NCBI GenBank assembly: GCA_013239625.1
Contig: MU054466.1
Coordinates: 62,001-126,000, forward strand
Length of the DNA: 64,000 nt
Origin: Lama guanicoe
Lineage: Eukaryota
Direction: 5' to 3'
The notes beneath the pieces are model-generated. The model was not told where the DNA came from. It was given only the letters and a program-made list of their open reading frames with translations, and searched no databases. The position numbers were made by a program, and so were the translations under genes. Of the stretch, positions 1 through 12,026 are shown piece by piece (position 1 is the first letter of the stretch; each line of letters opens with the position of its first letter).

Positions 1-2119
1 TTGTGTCTGGCTGTTTTTCTTCAATACAGTATGAAGTTTATAAATAACAAAACTCCAGAAGAACATGGAGGAAGACCAATGAGGCTCCCTAGTGGCTCAT
101 GAAGTCCCCTCCAGCCCCCACAGACTAACGAGAGGGGCAGCAGCTGGGTGGCAGAACCTGGCATCAGACACGCACACCCCCGCCTGCGCTTCCGCACGTC
201 CACCCCATCCCGACACTGACCGCTGCTGCTGCGGGCAGGACGCTGGCGCCAGGCACTGCGGAGAAGCCCTCGCTGAGGTCTCAGGAAGCCTCAAGGGTGG
301 AGGGTTTTGGTCCTTGCTGCATACGGCCACCCAGCAGCTCGGGGTGGGCAGAGTTACCCTTCAAACTGTTTTTTCCCAACGCACAGGACCCTGATGAAGG
401 ACTGGGGAGGGGCAGCAGGATTGGCAGTTGGGACCCGGGATCCCTCATCACAGACAACCCTGCCCCGGCCTCGGCTTCCTCACGGCGTCTTCACTCGGCC
501 CCGGCCTTCCCGGCCTGTCCATGCTGCCCTCCCAGTCCAGGCCGATTCCCAGTCTTCCAGTCAGAGCAGATCAAGTCACGGGGCCACATGGTTCAGACCT
601 ATCTCCCGTGGAACACTGAAGATGGAGGGGGTTCGAGAGGACACTGGGGCAGAGAAGCCAGGTCTCATCGGCAAAAGTGAGGTGGTTCAGCAGGTTCTGG
701 CCTCCAAAAAATTGTTCTCGGTGGCAAGACATCAAAAGGTACGCATGCTGTGCAGTCCCGGGGCCCCTGCTGCCTCCCCCGAGAGCACTCCTGCCTGAAC
801 GTGCGCCGGAGACCGAAGTCCTCAGAACGTTGGCATCGAGGGAAGAGTAAACACACAGGAAGGGTGATGCGTACACAGTTACTGCAGTTGGCATCCTGAG
901 AAAGCAGGACCCCAGGGAGCAGCAAGCAAGTGCTGCTGGCCCAGAGCAGGTGAGCAGGAGCCCCTCCTCTCAGCCCCTTGCCCAGCGGACCCCTGCACCC
1001 TGCCCCGCCACCCTGCCCTGGCACTGGGTCCGGAGGAGGGCAGCGTGGAAACCCTGCTCAGCGCTGAGGGTCCCTCCCGGAGAGCAAGCGGCCTGTGCTC
1101 CGATCTCACGCTTAATCTCCTCACTCCGACACAGGAAGTCATTGTCACTGCATATCCTTTAGAGAGAAGCCATCTCTCAGTGCCGTTTTGAAAAGCTGTA
1201 AATTTGGGGTGAAGACTCCAGTAAATACACTGGCTGTGGGGGGACGTCCCTGACAGCCTCAGGCACCTGCGCAGAGCCCCTCCCCACCCCCTGCCAAGGG
1301 TGATGCCTGAGACCCAAGGCCCTTACCCACCTTTCCTTTGTTTCCCCACTGTGCTCCTCTAACCTTTATGAGCACAGAAGACTGCCCCACTCACTGTGGC
1401 TCCATTCTGGACCTCGTAGGGCTGCACTCTCCTCTTCCTGGAAGTAGATTGGCATTGCCTGTAAGCTGGGGCCACCATGTGGCTGGTGTGCTGTGGCGGG
1501 GGCGGCAGCTTGGTTCCTTGGCGCACTGGCCTGGACCTTCCCACATCCTCCCCAGCCTGTCTCCCCCCGTCTTCCTCCTGCCCCTTGGTGCCTCTCACTC
1601 CTGACACAGAACACCCACCAGGGCACTAGACAGGTGAGTCCAGACCCTTGGCAGACTTTGAAGGTCAGCTCCACTGCCTCGCCCTCCGAACTCTGGAAGC
1701 CTTGTGTGTGCAGCCGACTAGGGGGCTCAGAAGACACTGACTTGGAGGTCAGGCGTGGCCCCGGCGCGCTCTTCGTGGACAGGAAGCTAAACCCCAAGTG
1801 CGTGGTGACCACTGCAGGAGCCGGCCCTGCACGGCAGCTGTGGCTCCTCTGCCCCATGGCCCCACCGCAAACAGCTGATAGGACACGGAGCCCACGGTCA
1901 CTGCCCCCAGACCTTGGGCAGGTGGTTGCTGGCCCCAGTGAAGTCCAGAGACCACAGTGTGCTTCTTAAAATACTCTTTACAGTGGTGTGAAACAGAACA
2001 GAGGGATAAATCGTGAGCCAGGTGTGACCAGTGTGCAGAAGAATTTTAAAAGATCATTGGATAAAAGAAAAATCGTTTCAATTTAAAAAGGAAAAAAAAT
2101 TAATTAAACTTTATTGGAG

Positions 2120-2334
2120 TGGGAAGGGACAGACTGGGATTTCAAAATGCAGAATAGGTAAACAAGATTGTACTGTGTAGCACAGGGAAATATATACAGG
2201 ATCTTGTGGCTCACAGCGAAAGAGAATGTGACAATGTATCTATGTTCATGTATAACTGAAAAATTGTGCTCTACACTGGAATTTGACACAACATTGTAGA
2301 ATGATTATAACAATAAAAAGAAAAGTTAAAAGAA
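2120..2334 (+). mobile_element. 5'-truncated lineage-specific L1 3' end with target-site duplication
   Basis: L1 3'UTR motifs (ctgtgtagcacaggga, gtataactgaaaaattgtgctctacactgga), AATAAA plus A-rich tail; TSD aaacttt(a/g)ttggag at 2106-2119 and 2335-2348. Confidence 0.85.
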
Positions 2335-2929
2335 AAACTTTGTTGGAGGATGCTGATGAGGACTTGAACTAGTGGAGACATTCTTTTCATGCAGAGAGAG
2401 ACTCAGCAAGATGTCGTCTCCCAGAGCTGCTGAGTCCAGTGAGATTCCAGTTGCAGCCTAGCAGGGCTCTTCTCCCCGGGAGACGGGGTGACCAAGACGG
2501 GAACACCACACTCACAGAAAGTGCCTGGAGCCAGTGACAACCCAGCACCCGGACTGGGGCTTCTAGAGTCACTCCCTCCCCAGAGGAGCTGAGGTCCCAG
2601 GGTGGGGCAGGAAGAGAGGGTGAATCTGGAGCAGGTCGTGGCTGAAAGGAAAGAGGTGCTGAGAAACCGAGGGGCACGAATCCAGAGGACACGGGAGCGA
2701 GCTTGAAGTGGCATCTGTTGGCCAGCCTTGGGACAGTTAGAGCCACAGAATGAGGAACGGATGTTGACACGCGGAGGGAAGGAGGACTCCTGAGTCCAGA
2801 ATCTCACACGTGTGCACATGCACAGTGAAGCTCCGCAGAAGTGCAGACGGAACCGTTGGAAGGTCCCACTTCGCAGCCTCGGTTCTGGTGTTATGGGCTT
2901 AGGCGGAGGTCAAAGGTGGATGCAGACAC

Positions 2930-3200
2930 AACTGCAGGTTGAATTCCAAATTGAGAACCATTCTACAAAATTGACCTGAACTCTTCAAAATGTCTGTGAT
3001 GAAAGGTGGAAAAACTGTTCTAGACGTAAGTGTGGGGACTACACGGCAGTGCTTGGTCCTAGATGGGATGCTGGGTAGGGGACCACTGTGAGGGACGTTA
3101 TTGGGACACGCAGGTGAGGAGGTGTGAGTGTGGACTGTGTCAGTGTTCGGAGTGTCACGTGTGGTTGACTACGGTGCTGTGCCCCCCACTTGGGGACACG
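2930..3200 (+). mobile_element. Old L1M (L1MC/MD-like) 3' fragment
   Basis: ccaaattgagaaccattctacaaaattgacctgaactcttcaaaatgtc...gggacgttattgggaca resembles the recalled L1MC 3' consensus. Confidence 0.6.
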
Positions 3201-3344
3201 CAGATGGTGGTGTCACCATCTGTGGGAGGGGTCTTGTGAACACGGTGCTGAGGACCCTGGGAGTCCTGCCTCACCTCCCCCAAAATCCATTTCCAGCTGC
3301 AGTAGGTGATTCCAGTGTGAAGAGCAAGACAAGAACACCTTGAT

Positions 3345-6300
3345 TTTCTAAATCGTCATTATTGAGGTGTAACAAACTTCATCTATTTTGACCGTGTCAT
3401 TTGAGAAGTTTTGCGGTGTGTGTGCCTTCAGGAAACCACTGCCATAATCAAGATGGTGCGCATACCCCTCACCCTCCAGGTTTTTGGGTCCCTTTGTGGT
3501 TCCTCTGCCCCCGCCCTCTGTCCCCAAGTCACATTTCTCGGCTTCTGTCACCCCAAGTTAGTTTGCATTTCCTAGAGTTCCTGTATGAGTAGTAACACTG
3601 TGTGTATTTTTGAGATTTCACGTGTGCATTGGTGGTTACTCCTTTTCGTTGCTGAAAGGTATTCCCCTGTGTGTCTGTCTCTCTGTCTTGCACCTGTTCG
3701 TGGGCAGCTGGGTTGGCTGCAGCTTTCAGATTCTTCTTACGGGGTGTAGCTCAGCAGTAGCTGAGTACTTGCCTGCAGGTACTCTGGACAAAGCTGCTGC
3801 GAGCTCTTGTGCAGGTGTCTGTGTGGCTGCTCGTCCCCTCCTCCTGGGGGAGCGTGTGGGAATGGAGTCCATAGTGGGCTCCTGTTTTCCCTCTCAGAAG
3901 CTGCCACACCGCACTGGGTCCTACCGCGCCGTAAGCGGCAGGCGAGTCTCTGACCTGTCCGCTTCACCCAGGTTACGGAGGGTATTGGCATGAAGATGTT
4001 CATCACGCTTCCTGCTAGCTTTGTAATGTCTCTAGAACCTAGTGAGGTCACCTCTCACTCTTGTGTTGGTGATTTGTGCCTTCTGTTTTCTCTTGATCAG
4101 TCTGATGAGAGATTGATCAATAATTTTCTCAGAGAACCAGCTTTGGTGTCAGTTACTTTCTCTGTTGTATCTCTGTTCTCTGTTTCGTTGGTTTCTGCTG
4201 TGATCTTTTATTTCCCTTCTGCTGGCTTATGGTTTAATTAGCTGTCTTCTTACGGAGGAAGCTGAGATCGTTGGTCTGTCTTTTCCAGGAGAGGTGCTTC
4301 GTGGCTGTAAATTTCCCTCCTGGAGCAGCATTCATAAGTCCTGACGTGTTTTCATCTCCATGTAGTTCAGATGCTCATCCCTTTTTGACTTGATCCTTCA
4401 TCCATGGGTTATTTTGAGGTGTATTTTTTAGCTTCCATATACTTGGGAATTTTCCAGAGAGCTCTTACTCACTTTTTCAGAGAATATGTGTTGCATAACT
4501 TGAACCCTTCTGACGACTTTACTGAGGCTTGTTTTATGTCCAGAGTGGGGTGTGTCTGGATAAATGCCCCGTGTGCTCTTGAGAAGGAGGTGGGTTCTGC
4601 TACTGCGAGACCTCGTGAAGTCTGCCGCTAGGTTGTGGCTTCTCTGTCTCCTTGCAGTTCTGCTTCGTGAATGCTGAAGCTCTGTTGTCAGCTGCATAAG
4701 TGCTTAGAATTGTTGCCTTCTCTTGATGGATGGATGCCGGCTTCAGTGAGATGGCGGTGACCTCCCTGGAAGCTCTCCGCGCCGGCTGTGGCGTCAGGAG
4801 CCCACGCGGCAGCCCTCCGCCCCTCGCCTGCTGCTGGTGTGCGGACTCACCGTGCGGCTGTGACCTGCTGTGTCTGAGGCGCATCACTGCGGGCGGCACG
4901 CAAGCGGGTGCTTGCTCTTCTGTCTCGTCCACGGAGGTTTTCCTCGTTTGGGTCATTTGGACTGTTTACATGCTACCAGCGTGACTAATGGCAAGATTAG
5001 GTTTGCTGTTAGTTTTGTCTCATTTGGTCTTTGTTCGTTTTCCCTCCTTCTTTGCCTTCTTTTGGGCTAATCGCGGTTCTTTTACGTTTCTCAACCATTT
5101 TTCTGCTGAGCTCGCTCCGTGCTGTTGTTTTGTGGCTGAGGTAGGGTTTACCGTGTGCATCGCTGGCGGGTCAGTCACATCCTCCAGGGGCAGGAGGCCA
5201 CCGCCCGCGGAGCGGAGCCTGAGCTGGCACGCGTCCACCCTTGTGACGCTGCCTTGTGTTATTTTTGTTTAATCTGTCGTATCTCGTACATTTATGTAGT
5301 TTTCTAAAATACGTGTGCTTAGGTTGTTATTTCCGGTGCTTTTCATTGGTCTTTGTAGCCCTGACTTCACGTGGCAGCGTCTGCCTCCTGCCTGAAGGAT
5401 GTCCGTGGGTCACGGTGCAGGTGTGCTGGCAATTGAGCCCTCAGCTTCTTACATCTGAAAATGTCTTCGTTCTGCCTCTGCGGAGGTGTTTTGGGGCAGA
5501 TTGCCAGGTCTTTTCTCAGGCGTTAAGAGGGGCTCCTCTGCTGTGTGCGAATGTGTCTTCTTTTTCTCTGGCTGCTTCCAGGATGATCTGTCCGTCACTA
5601 GTTCTGAGCGCTTTGACCGTCAGTTACGTTAGTGTCCTGTTCTTCACGGTCCTCGCTTCTGGGGCTTGTCGAGCTCCGCAGCTCTGCAGGGTCGTTGCTT
5701 TCTGCAGCGCTTCCTTTCAGGGGCCTGCCCTCTCCTCCCCTCTCCCAGGGCTGCAGCTACACAGACGGCAGGTGCCTTGACGGTCCCACAGCCCCTGGGC
5801 TCTTGTTGCTTTCCCAGCAGTCCGTCGTGCGCCGTCACCCAGCGCCGTGTCCTCTCAGATGCCGTGGTCTTCGTCTCTAGAAGGCAGGTCAGGTCTTCTC
5901 TGTCTCTCTTGAGCGTGCCTTTGTTGAACTGTTTCTGACATGGAATACGTGTTCGTAATTCCTTTTATTGCCCTTCTGTGCTGATTCTGACATCTGAGTT
6001 AGTGTCAACTGACTGTCCGCGGGGTGGGTCCTATTTCTGCCTCTTTGCTGGCTTCACGTCCTTGTGTGCTGGGTACCTTACCGTCCTCCCAGTCTGCCTC
6101 AGCTTAGTTGCGAGATGGAGCTGAGTTACTTTCATCGCTTTCGTTTTTGTTTTTCTTCTGCTCATGTGCTCGGGTAGGACAGGGGCGTGTCCTGCCTGAG
6201 GGATCCGTGTCATTCGTTGCCTCGTGCTGAGTGCCTTAGAAGCCCGTGTCTTTTCGTATGTTGTCGTTTGTTCGCGCTTCCTGGTTGTTGTGGGCGTGAG

Positions 6301-6350
6301 GGGGGTGGGGTCCCCCTTGCGCCACCTTGGCTGGAAGTAGAAGTATTTTT
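3345..6350 (-). mobile_element. Degraded antisense L1M fragments
   Basis: T-rich L1 antisense text (aaaccactgccataatcaagatgg; gctgtaaatttccctc; gaaaatgtcttcgttctgcc); no intact ORF. Confidence 0.6.
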
Positions 6351-6429
6351 AAGAAGTAGCATCTCTTCCTGATTCTGAGCTCAGGGTCTTACGTAGGGTG
6401 CCAGAAACGTTACTCATAAAGGGAGAGGT

Positions 6430-7290
6430 TGGTGCGTTTATCTCTGCTAACATTTAGTACCTCTTTTCATCAAAAGACTCCAGCAGAAGAAAGTAAGAAA
6501 ACAGGCCGTTAACTGAGAAAAGATACTTGCCTCACGTAAAAACAAAGATACTTAGTGTCCAGAATTTATAAAAGAACTGTTATAAATAGGAAAAAGACAC
6601 CCTCATAGAAAAAATTGACAAAAGACATGCATCGGTGTTTCAGAGAAGAGGCAGCATGCTCTGCCAATGAATAATTAAAAAATGCCAGGTAGTTTGTTGA
6701 GACACCATTTTATACCCACTCAGTCGACTGATGAAAATTAAGAACTCTGGAAAGACTCTTACGCGAGTAGGAACTAACTCATTCGTTTCTGGTGGGGCTG
6801 TAAAGTGGTTATCCTGCGATGGCTGGTGCAGTCAGGTAGTTCGTATCCTGAGTTTCTCATGCGTGGGACTAGATTCGAATGAGAATTTCACGCGTAAGGA
6901 TTTTCACTAGTGGACGTGCGTAAGAATATGCTTAGCACACTGTTTCATGAAGGAAAAGCAGCCCTGAACAGTCAGATGACAGAAGGAAGAGGAAGTGTGC
7001 CCTGTCCTCCAAGCGAAGTGACAGATGGCACGCTCGCTGTTAGGAGCACAGCCGGGGTGCAGGGCTGTGTGGGCGCCGTTCGCAGGGCGCGGTGTGAGAG
7101 GAGGGGGGAGGCGCGCACGGTGTGGCCACTTGTGCGTGTCCTTGGTCTGTGTGCGGCGGTGGGCTGCGGCCTGGTGCTGCCTCGTGCCTTGTAAGCTAAG
7201 GATTTGTTGAGTTTGTCCTCCTGTGATATGTAAAACGTACTCTTTAGATACTTAATTGGAAAAGTGAAAGGAGGTTGCCTCACTGATACC
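6430..7290 (+). mobile_element. Old L1ME-like sense fragment
   Basis: tcatcaaaagactcc...gagaaaagatacttgc...gtgtccagaatttataaaagaact...gagacaccattttataccc. Confidence 0.6.
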
Positions 7291-7829
7291 AAAGCTTATG
7301 AAACTAGACTAAAAATATTTAGCGGCTTGTAGGTCAGAAAGTAAGGCAGTGCTCATAACAAACAAAGCCTGCGGCAGTCAGGAGTTCAGGGCCACAGGAG
7401 CCACTGAGGCTCGCCCAGCAGCCAAGGCGGGGCGCTTTGCGCAGCAGAGTAGAGGGCGGAGCACCAGGGCTCAGACCAGAGCATGCAGTAGACGCTCGTG
7501 GGTCGTACTGGTGGGGAAAGTGCTGAGGAGGGAGGGGAGGGAAGTCTGCGTGCAAGACTCCCGACCCCCGAGGGAACGGGACGGGGCGAGAGAAGGGGAG
7601 CCCTGTGGGGCAGACGGCTGGCGGCAGCCCCAGCCACAGGCAAAGGCGCCTCCACACCCACAGCCAGGACCCTGTGCGGTGTCCCTCCCCCGAGCCCACA
7701 GCCCAGACTGACCCCCTGCAGAGGGGCGGTCTGCAGGGCCCTGCCCAGCACCCTGCACAGCCTGGTCAGCTGGGAGGGGCCCGAGGAGACGGGAGGACTG
7801 TGTCTCCTGGGGGACCCCGGGGCGGGGGC

Positions 7830-8055
7830 AGGGAGGGGTCAGTTGGGCGTTTGGGACGTGCAGATACAAACTGCTGTATATAAGACAGATAAAGGACAAG
7901 GACCGGCTGTGTCGCACAGGGAGCTGTACTCAGTGTCTCGTAACGACCTGTCATGGAAAAGGATACATGGACGCACGTGTGACCGAATCACTGTGCCGTG
8001 CGCTAGGAACTGACCCAGCGTCGTAGATGAGCTGTGCTTCAGTTTAATGAAAGAG
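7830..8055 (+). mobile_element. Artiodactyl-type L1 3' end, GC-shifted
   Basis: gcagatacaaactgctgtatataagacagataaaggacaagg...gcacagggagct...gaatcactgtgccgtg. Confidence 0.75.
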
Positions 8056-8390
8056 GAAGAAGAAACGTGAATAGGCTGTGATTAGTGACAGGGTCAGTAT
8101 TGGTTCACACGCTGACACACGCACTGTGACACACGCCTGCGCTGATGTAGGATGACCGTCGAGGGGGAAGCTGGGTGTTGGGGGGGATATCTGCTGCTTC
8201 TCCGGAGCCCCTGTCCCCCCCCTCCCTGCCTGTGCAGTTGGCACCACGTTCTTTCCCTGTGTCACTTCCGACTGCTCCTGCCTGACCCTGGTCAGTGTCT
8301 GTTGTGCGGCGGTCACAGCGTATGGGCAGGTGGGCCAGGTTCCCCCCCACCCCGGGTGGAGAGGTGGGCTGACACGTGGCTCTCTTACAG

Positions 8391-8539
8391 TGGGCATCCC
8401 CACCATCCGGTGGTGCGGGGCGGAGGGGGACTACAACGTCATGGTGATGGAGCTGCTGGGGCCCAGCCTAGAGGACCTCTTCAACTTTTGCTCCAGGAAA
8501 TTCAGCCTCAAAACTGTCCTGCTCCTTGCTGACCAAATG
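8391..8539 (+). CDS. CSNK1D: Casein kinase 1 delta, coding exon 3 (exons 1-2 lie upstream of the window)
   Basis: ttacag|TGGGC...CAAATG|gtaaga; 149 nt; encodes (V)[49 protein letters not shown]. Confidence 0.98.
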
Positions 8540-8878
8540 GTAAGAGCTCACTTCTGTCCAGAGCAGGGCGGCTTGGGCGCTCAGCCTGGTGGGGTGCCAG
8601 GGCTGCTCTCTCTGCCTCAGTGCCTCTTGTGCACCAGGAGAAAACGGAAGCTCCTTAATGGGCGTGCTCTTTCTGTGGGCCCTGAGTTCCCCGGGGACCT
8701 GGCCCCGAAAGGACAGCCGTCACATCAGGTTATGGGCCGTTCACTTCCCTGAGAGCCGGTGTGGGGCTGGAGGCGGTCAGCTCAGTCCCCTGTCTGAACC
8801 GAGGGTGTGGGAGTGCTGGGCTGCTTCCCCATGGCTGCCACTGCTCTGGGGTGACCTCTCGCCGTGCTTCCCCTCTAG

Positions 8879-9107
8879 ATTAGTCGTATTGAGTACATTC
8901 ACTCGAAGAACTTCATCCACCGGGACGTGAAGCCGGACAACTTCCTCATGGGGCTGGGTAAGAAGGGCAACCTGGTGTACATCATCGACTTTGGACTGGC
9001 CAAGAAGTACCGGGACGCCCGCACCCACCAGCACATCCCCTACCGCGAGAACAAGAACCTCACCGGGACGGCACGCTACGCCTCCATCAACACGCACCTC
9101 GGCATCG
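8879..9107 (+). CDS. CSNK1D: CK1 delta exon 4 (catalytic loop [11 protein letters not shown], activation segment)
   Basis: ctctag|ATTAGT...GGCATCG|gtgagc; 229 nt; [25 protein letters not shown]...[10 protein letters not shown]...[15 protein letters not shown]. Confidence 0.98.
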
Positions 9108-9398
9108 GTGAGCTCCCCCAGCGGCCTGGGCGCCTGTTCTCAGCTTGGGGAGAGCCAGCCCCGCTGAGGCCCCAGTCTGGAGCCTGTAATCACCCTCTGT
9201 GGCAAAGACTGGCTCCCGGGCCCTGAGACCTTGCCCTGTGGGCTGCGGGGCTTCCTGGCAGGCGGCTGTGACGCCGTCGCCGTCTCAGTGTGAGGCGCCT
9301 CCCGGGACGTCAGGGGGACTCGTTCACAAACGAGTTGAGGTATTCTTCCCTGGGGCTTTGAGTTCCTGCCCCAGGGAGCATCTGTGGGGCCCGCGCTG

Positions 9399-9440
9399 CC
9401 CTGACCACTGCCCTCTCTTCCCTGACCACTGCCCTCTCTT
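9399..9440 (+). repeat. Perfect 21-bp tandem duplication at the exon 5 acceptor
   Basis: ccctgaccactgccctctctt x2. Confidence 0.95.
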
Positions 9441-9445
9441 TCCAG

Positions 9446-9616
9446 AGCAATCTCGGAGGGACGACCTGGAGTCGCTGGGCTATGTGCTCATGTACTTCAA
9501 CCTGGGCTCGCTGCCCTGGCAGGGACTGAAGGCGGCCACCAAGCGGCAGAAGTACGAGAGGATCAGCGAGAAGAAGATGTCCACGCCCATCGAGGTGCTG
9601 TGCAAAGGCTACCCCT
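9446..9616 (+). CDS. CSNK1D: CK1 delta exon 5
   Basis: ttccag|AGCAA...TACCCCT|gtgagt; 171 nt; [57 protein letters not shown]. Confidence 0.98.
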
Positions 9617-9976
9617 GTGAGTGTCCAGGGCGGGCGGGGGGCCCCCCGAGGCTCGGAGGGTCCTGCATGGTGGCGGGGGGCGTGGAGAGCAGGCAGGTGT
9701 CTGCCGTCTACCCGGCTGCATCCCTCTGCCCTAGGGCTCCCTGCCTCTCCGGGCCGCAGCTTGGAGTTTTCCTTTTGCTCTTGTGGGCCCACCCGCTGCA
9801 TAAGGGCCCCGTGGTGTTGGGTTCTCTCACCCCCGTCCTTCCCGCCCCGCCCCGGGGTTTTAGGCTCCGTCCTTTGCGCCTGCCTGTGGTGTTGGGGGGA
9901 AGGGGTCTTGCTGGCGATGCCACGCCGGCTCGTAGCCGGCACCGCCAGCTACCTCCAGGTGTCCCGGTGCCCGCAG

Positions 9977-10125
9977 CCGAGTTTGCCACGTACCTGAACT
10001 TCTGCCGCTCCCTGCGCTTCGACGACAAGCCCGACTACTCCTACCTGCGCCAGCTCTTCCGCAACCTCTTCCACCGGCAGGGCTTCTCCTACGACTACGT
10101 GTTCGACTGGAACATGCTCAAGTTC
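9977..10125 (+). CDS. CSNK1D: CK1 delta exon 6
   Basis: ccgcag|CCGAG...AAGTTC|gtaagt; 149 nt; [50 protein letters not shown]. Confidence 0.98.
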
Positions 10126-11036
10126 GTAAGTGTGTGGCGGGCCCAGCGACTTCTCTGTGGATGGGGCTCCCCGGCCCGTCAGGGGTGCTCCGAGTGGGGC
10201 TGAGGCTTGGGGACTGGGGCTCCCAGGGCACGGGCTGAGTCTGCAGTGCAGGTCTGCCCAGAGCCAGGGCTCTTGCCTGGACGCTGAGGTCACTTGATCC
10301 ACATCACTGCGAGGCGTTGGGGCTGTTCTGGCCTGCGCGTTCCTTGCGCGAGGGGGGGTGTGTACCGTGAGGTAGGGTATAGACCCCCCACACCACCTGG
10401 CCGTGCTGGGGCCTGGCCTCCGAGGGGGGAGGCCTGTGTGTTATGTGTGCGTTTGGCCCTGGGATGAGCTTCATGTGATTTCCTTGGTTCCTCAGGTGTG
10501 AGCTTGTGAGCACAGATACGCGTGCTTGGGGCTGAGGGTGTGGAGAGGGCAGAGCTTGGACCTTAATCTGTTTCCCCTCTAGAATGGGCCATCTGTCCCT
10601 GGGTCCATTGTATGAATTTAATTAATCTTTGGGCACCACTGCCGGAATTCCAGGGTTTGGGGGAATTTACTTTTCCTCTTTGATTAAAAATTTGTTCTAC
10701 TTAGTTATGAGCTTAAGACCGAAACTGGCACCTTTCCAGGGTGACACGTGTGATGGAGGAACAGAACCTCCTCTTCAGAGGATGCAGAGCAGGAGACCGT
10801 ACCCGTGGCCTCGCCCGTGCAGGGGTGCTTGTACAGGGACCCGGTGGCAGGGGTGGCTGCTGCCTCTGGAGCAAGTGCCACCTGCCCTGGACCTGGCCTG
10901 TGCTCTCTGGTAGGGTGGCTGACAAAGGGCAGCCCTGGAGAGGGGTGTCACAGGTTGCCTGGAGTCTGAACATCAGAGTGGGCCTCCTGCCGGAGCCACT
11001 TGAATAAGTTCTCTGTTCTGATATCGTCATCCCTCT

Positions 11037-11245
11037 TAGGGGCTCGGCAGACCTCTCGTGTGAAGGGCCAGACAGTAGATAATTTCAGCTTTCCCATCTG
11101 CACGGCATTGCGACCACCCGACTGGTAACCAGAGCACCGCGGGGCGGTCGGGGATGAGTTGGGGGTGGCCATGCCGAGAAAACTTTATTTACAGAAACAG
11201 ACAGGCTGCCTTTGGCCCACAAGGGCTCAGTTTACACCCTTGCCT
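11037..11245 (+). mobile_element. MER58-like hAT-Charlie DNA transposon
   Basis: ggggctcggcagac...tgaagggccagacagtagataatttcagcttt...aaaactttatttacagaaacag...tttggcccac...agtttacacccttg. Confidence 0.75.
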
Positions 11246-11854
11246 TAAAGTGCTGGTAACTAGGACGTAACCTTTAAGAGCACAGTTAATCTTCGCCATT
11301 TAAAATCAGGTGCCTCTGAGCTTGTGGTTTGATGTAGAACAAGCTGTTGCAGGAGCAAACCTGGCTGAGGCGGTGCTCGCCACATGGCCCTCCTGGGACA
11401 GGCCCAGCTGCCAGCCCCTCGACTCGTGTGTGCGCCAGTGTGACTCTCATTCAGGCCAGGGCTCTGCATTCCGCTGGACCCCTCAGCCCACCAAGTGCTG
11501 CCGCCCCCGCCTGCCTTGCAGGCTTCCTGACTTGTGCTGTTCGGCCACCTCTGACCTAGATGGGTGCCCATTCCTGCGGTGCTCAGGAAGAGGGCCCACA
11601 GGTTCTGTTGGTGTCCGGGTTTCTGCTGTGTTGGGATGAGGGCCGAGACACCTGTTCTGCTCCTCACAGGGGTGCGGGACCGGCCTGGTGCTGTCCAGCG
11701 GAGGAGCGTTGGACTTGTGTGTGGCTCTAGGTGGCTTCATGTCAGTCTTGTCCCCAACGCCCTGGTGTTTTCTTGGCTCAGTTCGCAGCCAGAGGCCTGG
11801 GGTGGTTTTTCAGCAAACCCAGTTCAGTTTAGGTCTTGCCTCTTTCCTTCTCAG

Positions 11855-12026
11855 GGAGCCAGCCGGGCAGCTGACGATGCCGAGCGGGAACGCCGGGACC
11901 GAGAGGAGCGCTTGAGACACTCCCGAAATCCAGCCACCCGCGGCCTCCCCTCCACGGCCTCTGGCCGGCTGAGGGGGACACAGGAAGTGGCTCCTCCCAC
12001 ACCCCTCACCCCTACCTCACACACTG
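11855..12026 (+). CDS. CSNK1D: CK1 delta exon 7 (start of autoinhibitory tail)
   Basis: tctcag|GGAGCC...CACACTG|gtgagt; 172 nt; [57 protein letters not shown]. The tail sequence identifies delta rather than epsilon. Confidence 0.98.

Noticed and set aside
540-960. Donor-like sites (aag|gtacgc near 739, cag|gtgagc near 950) as CSNK1D exon 2
   Set aside because: No frame encodes the expected exon 2 peptide containing the VAIK lysine; exons 1-2 lie outside the window
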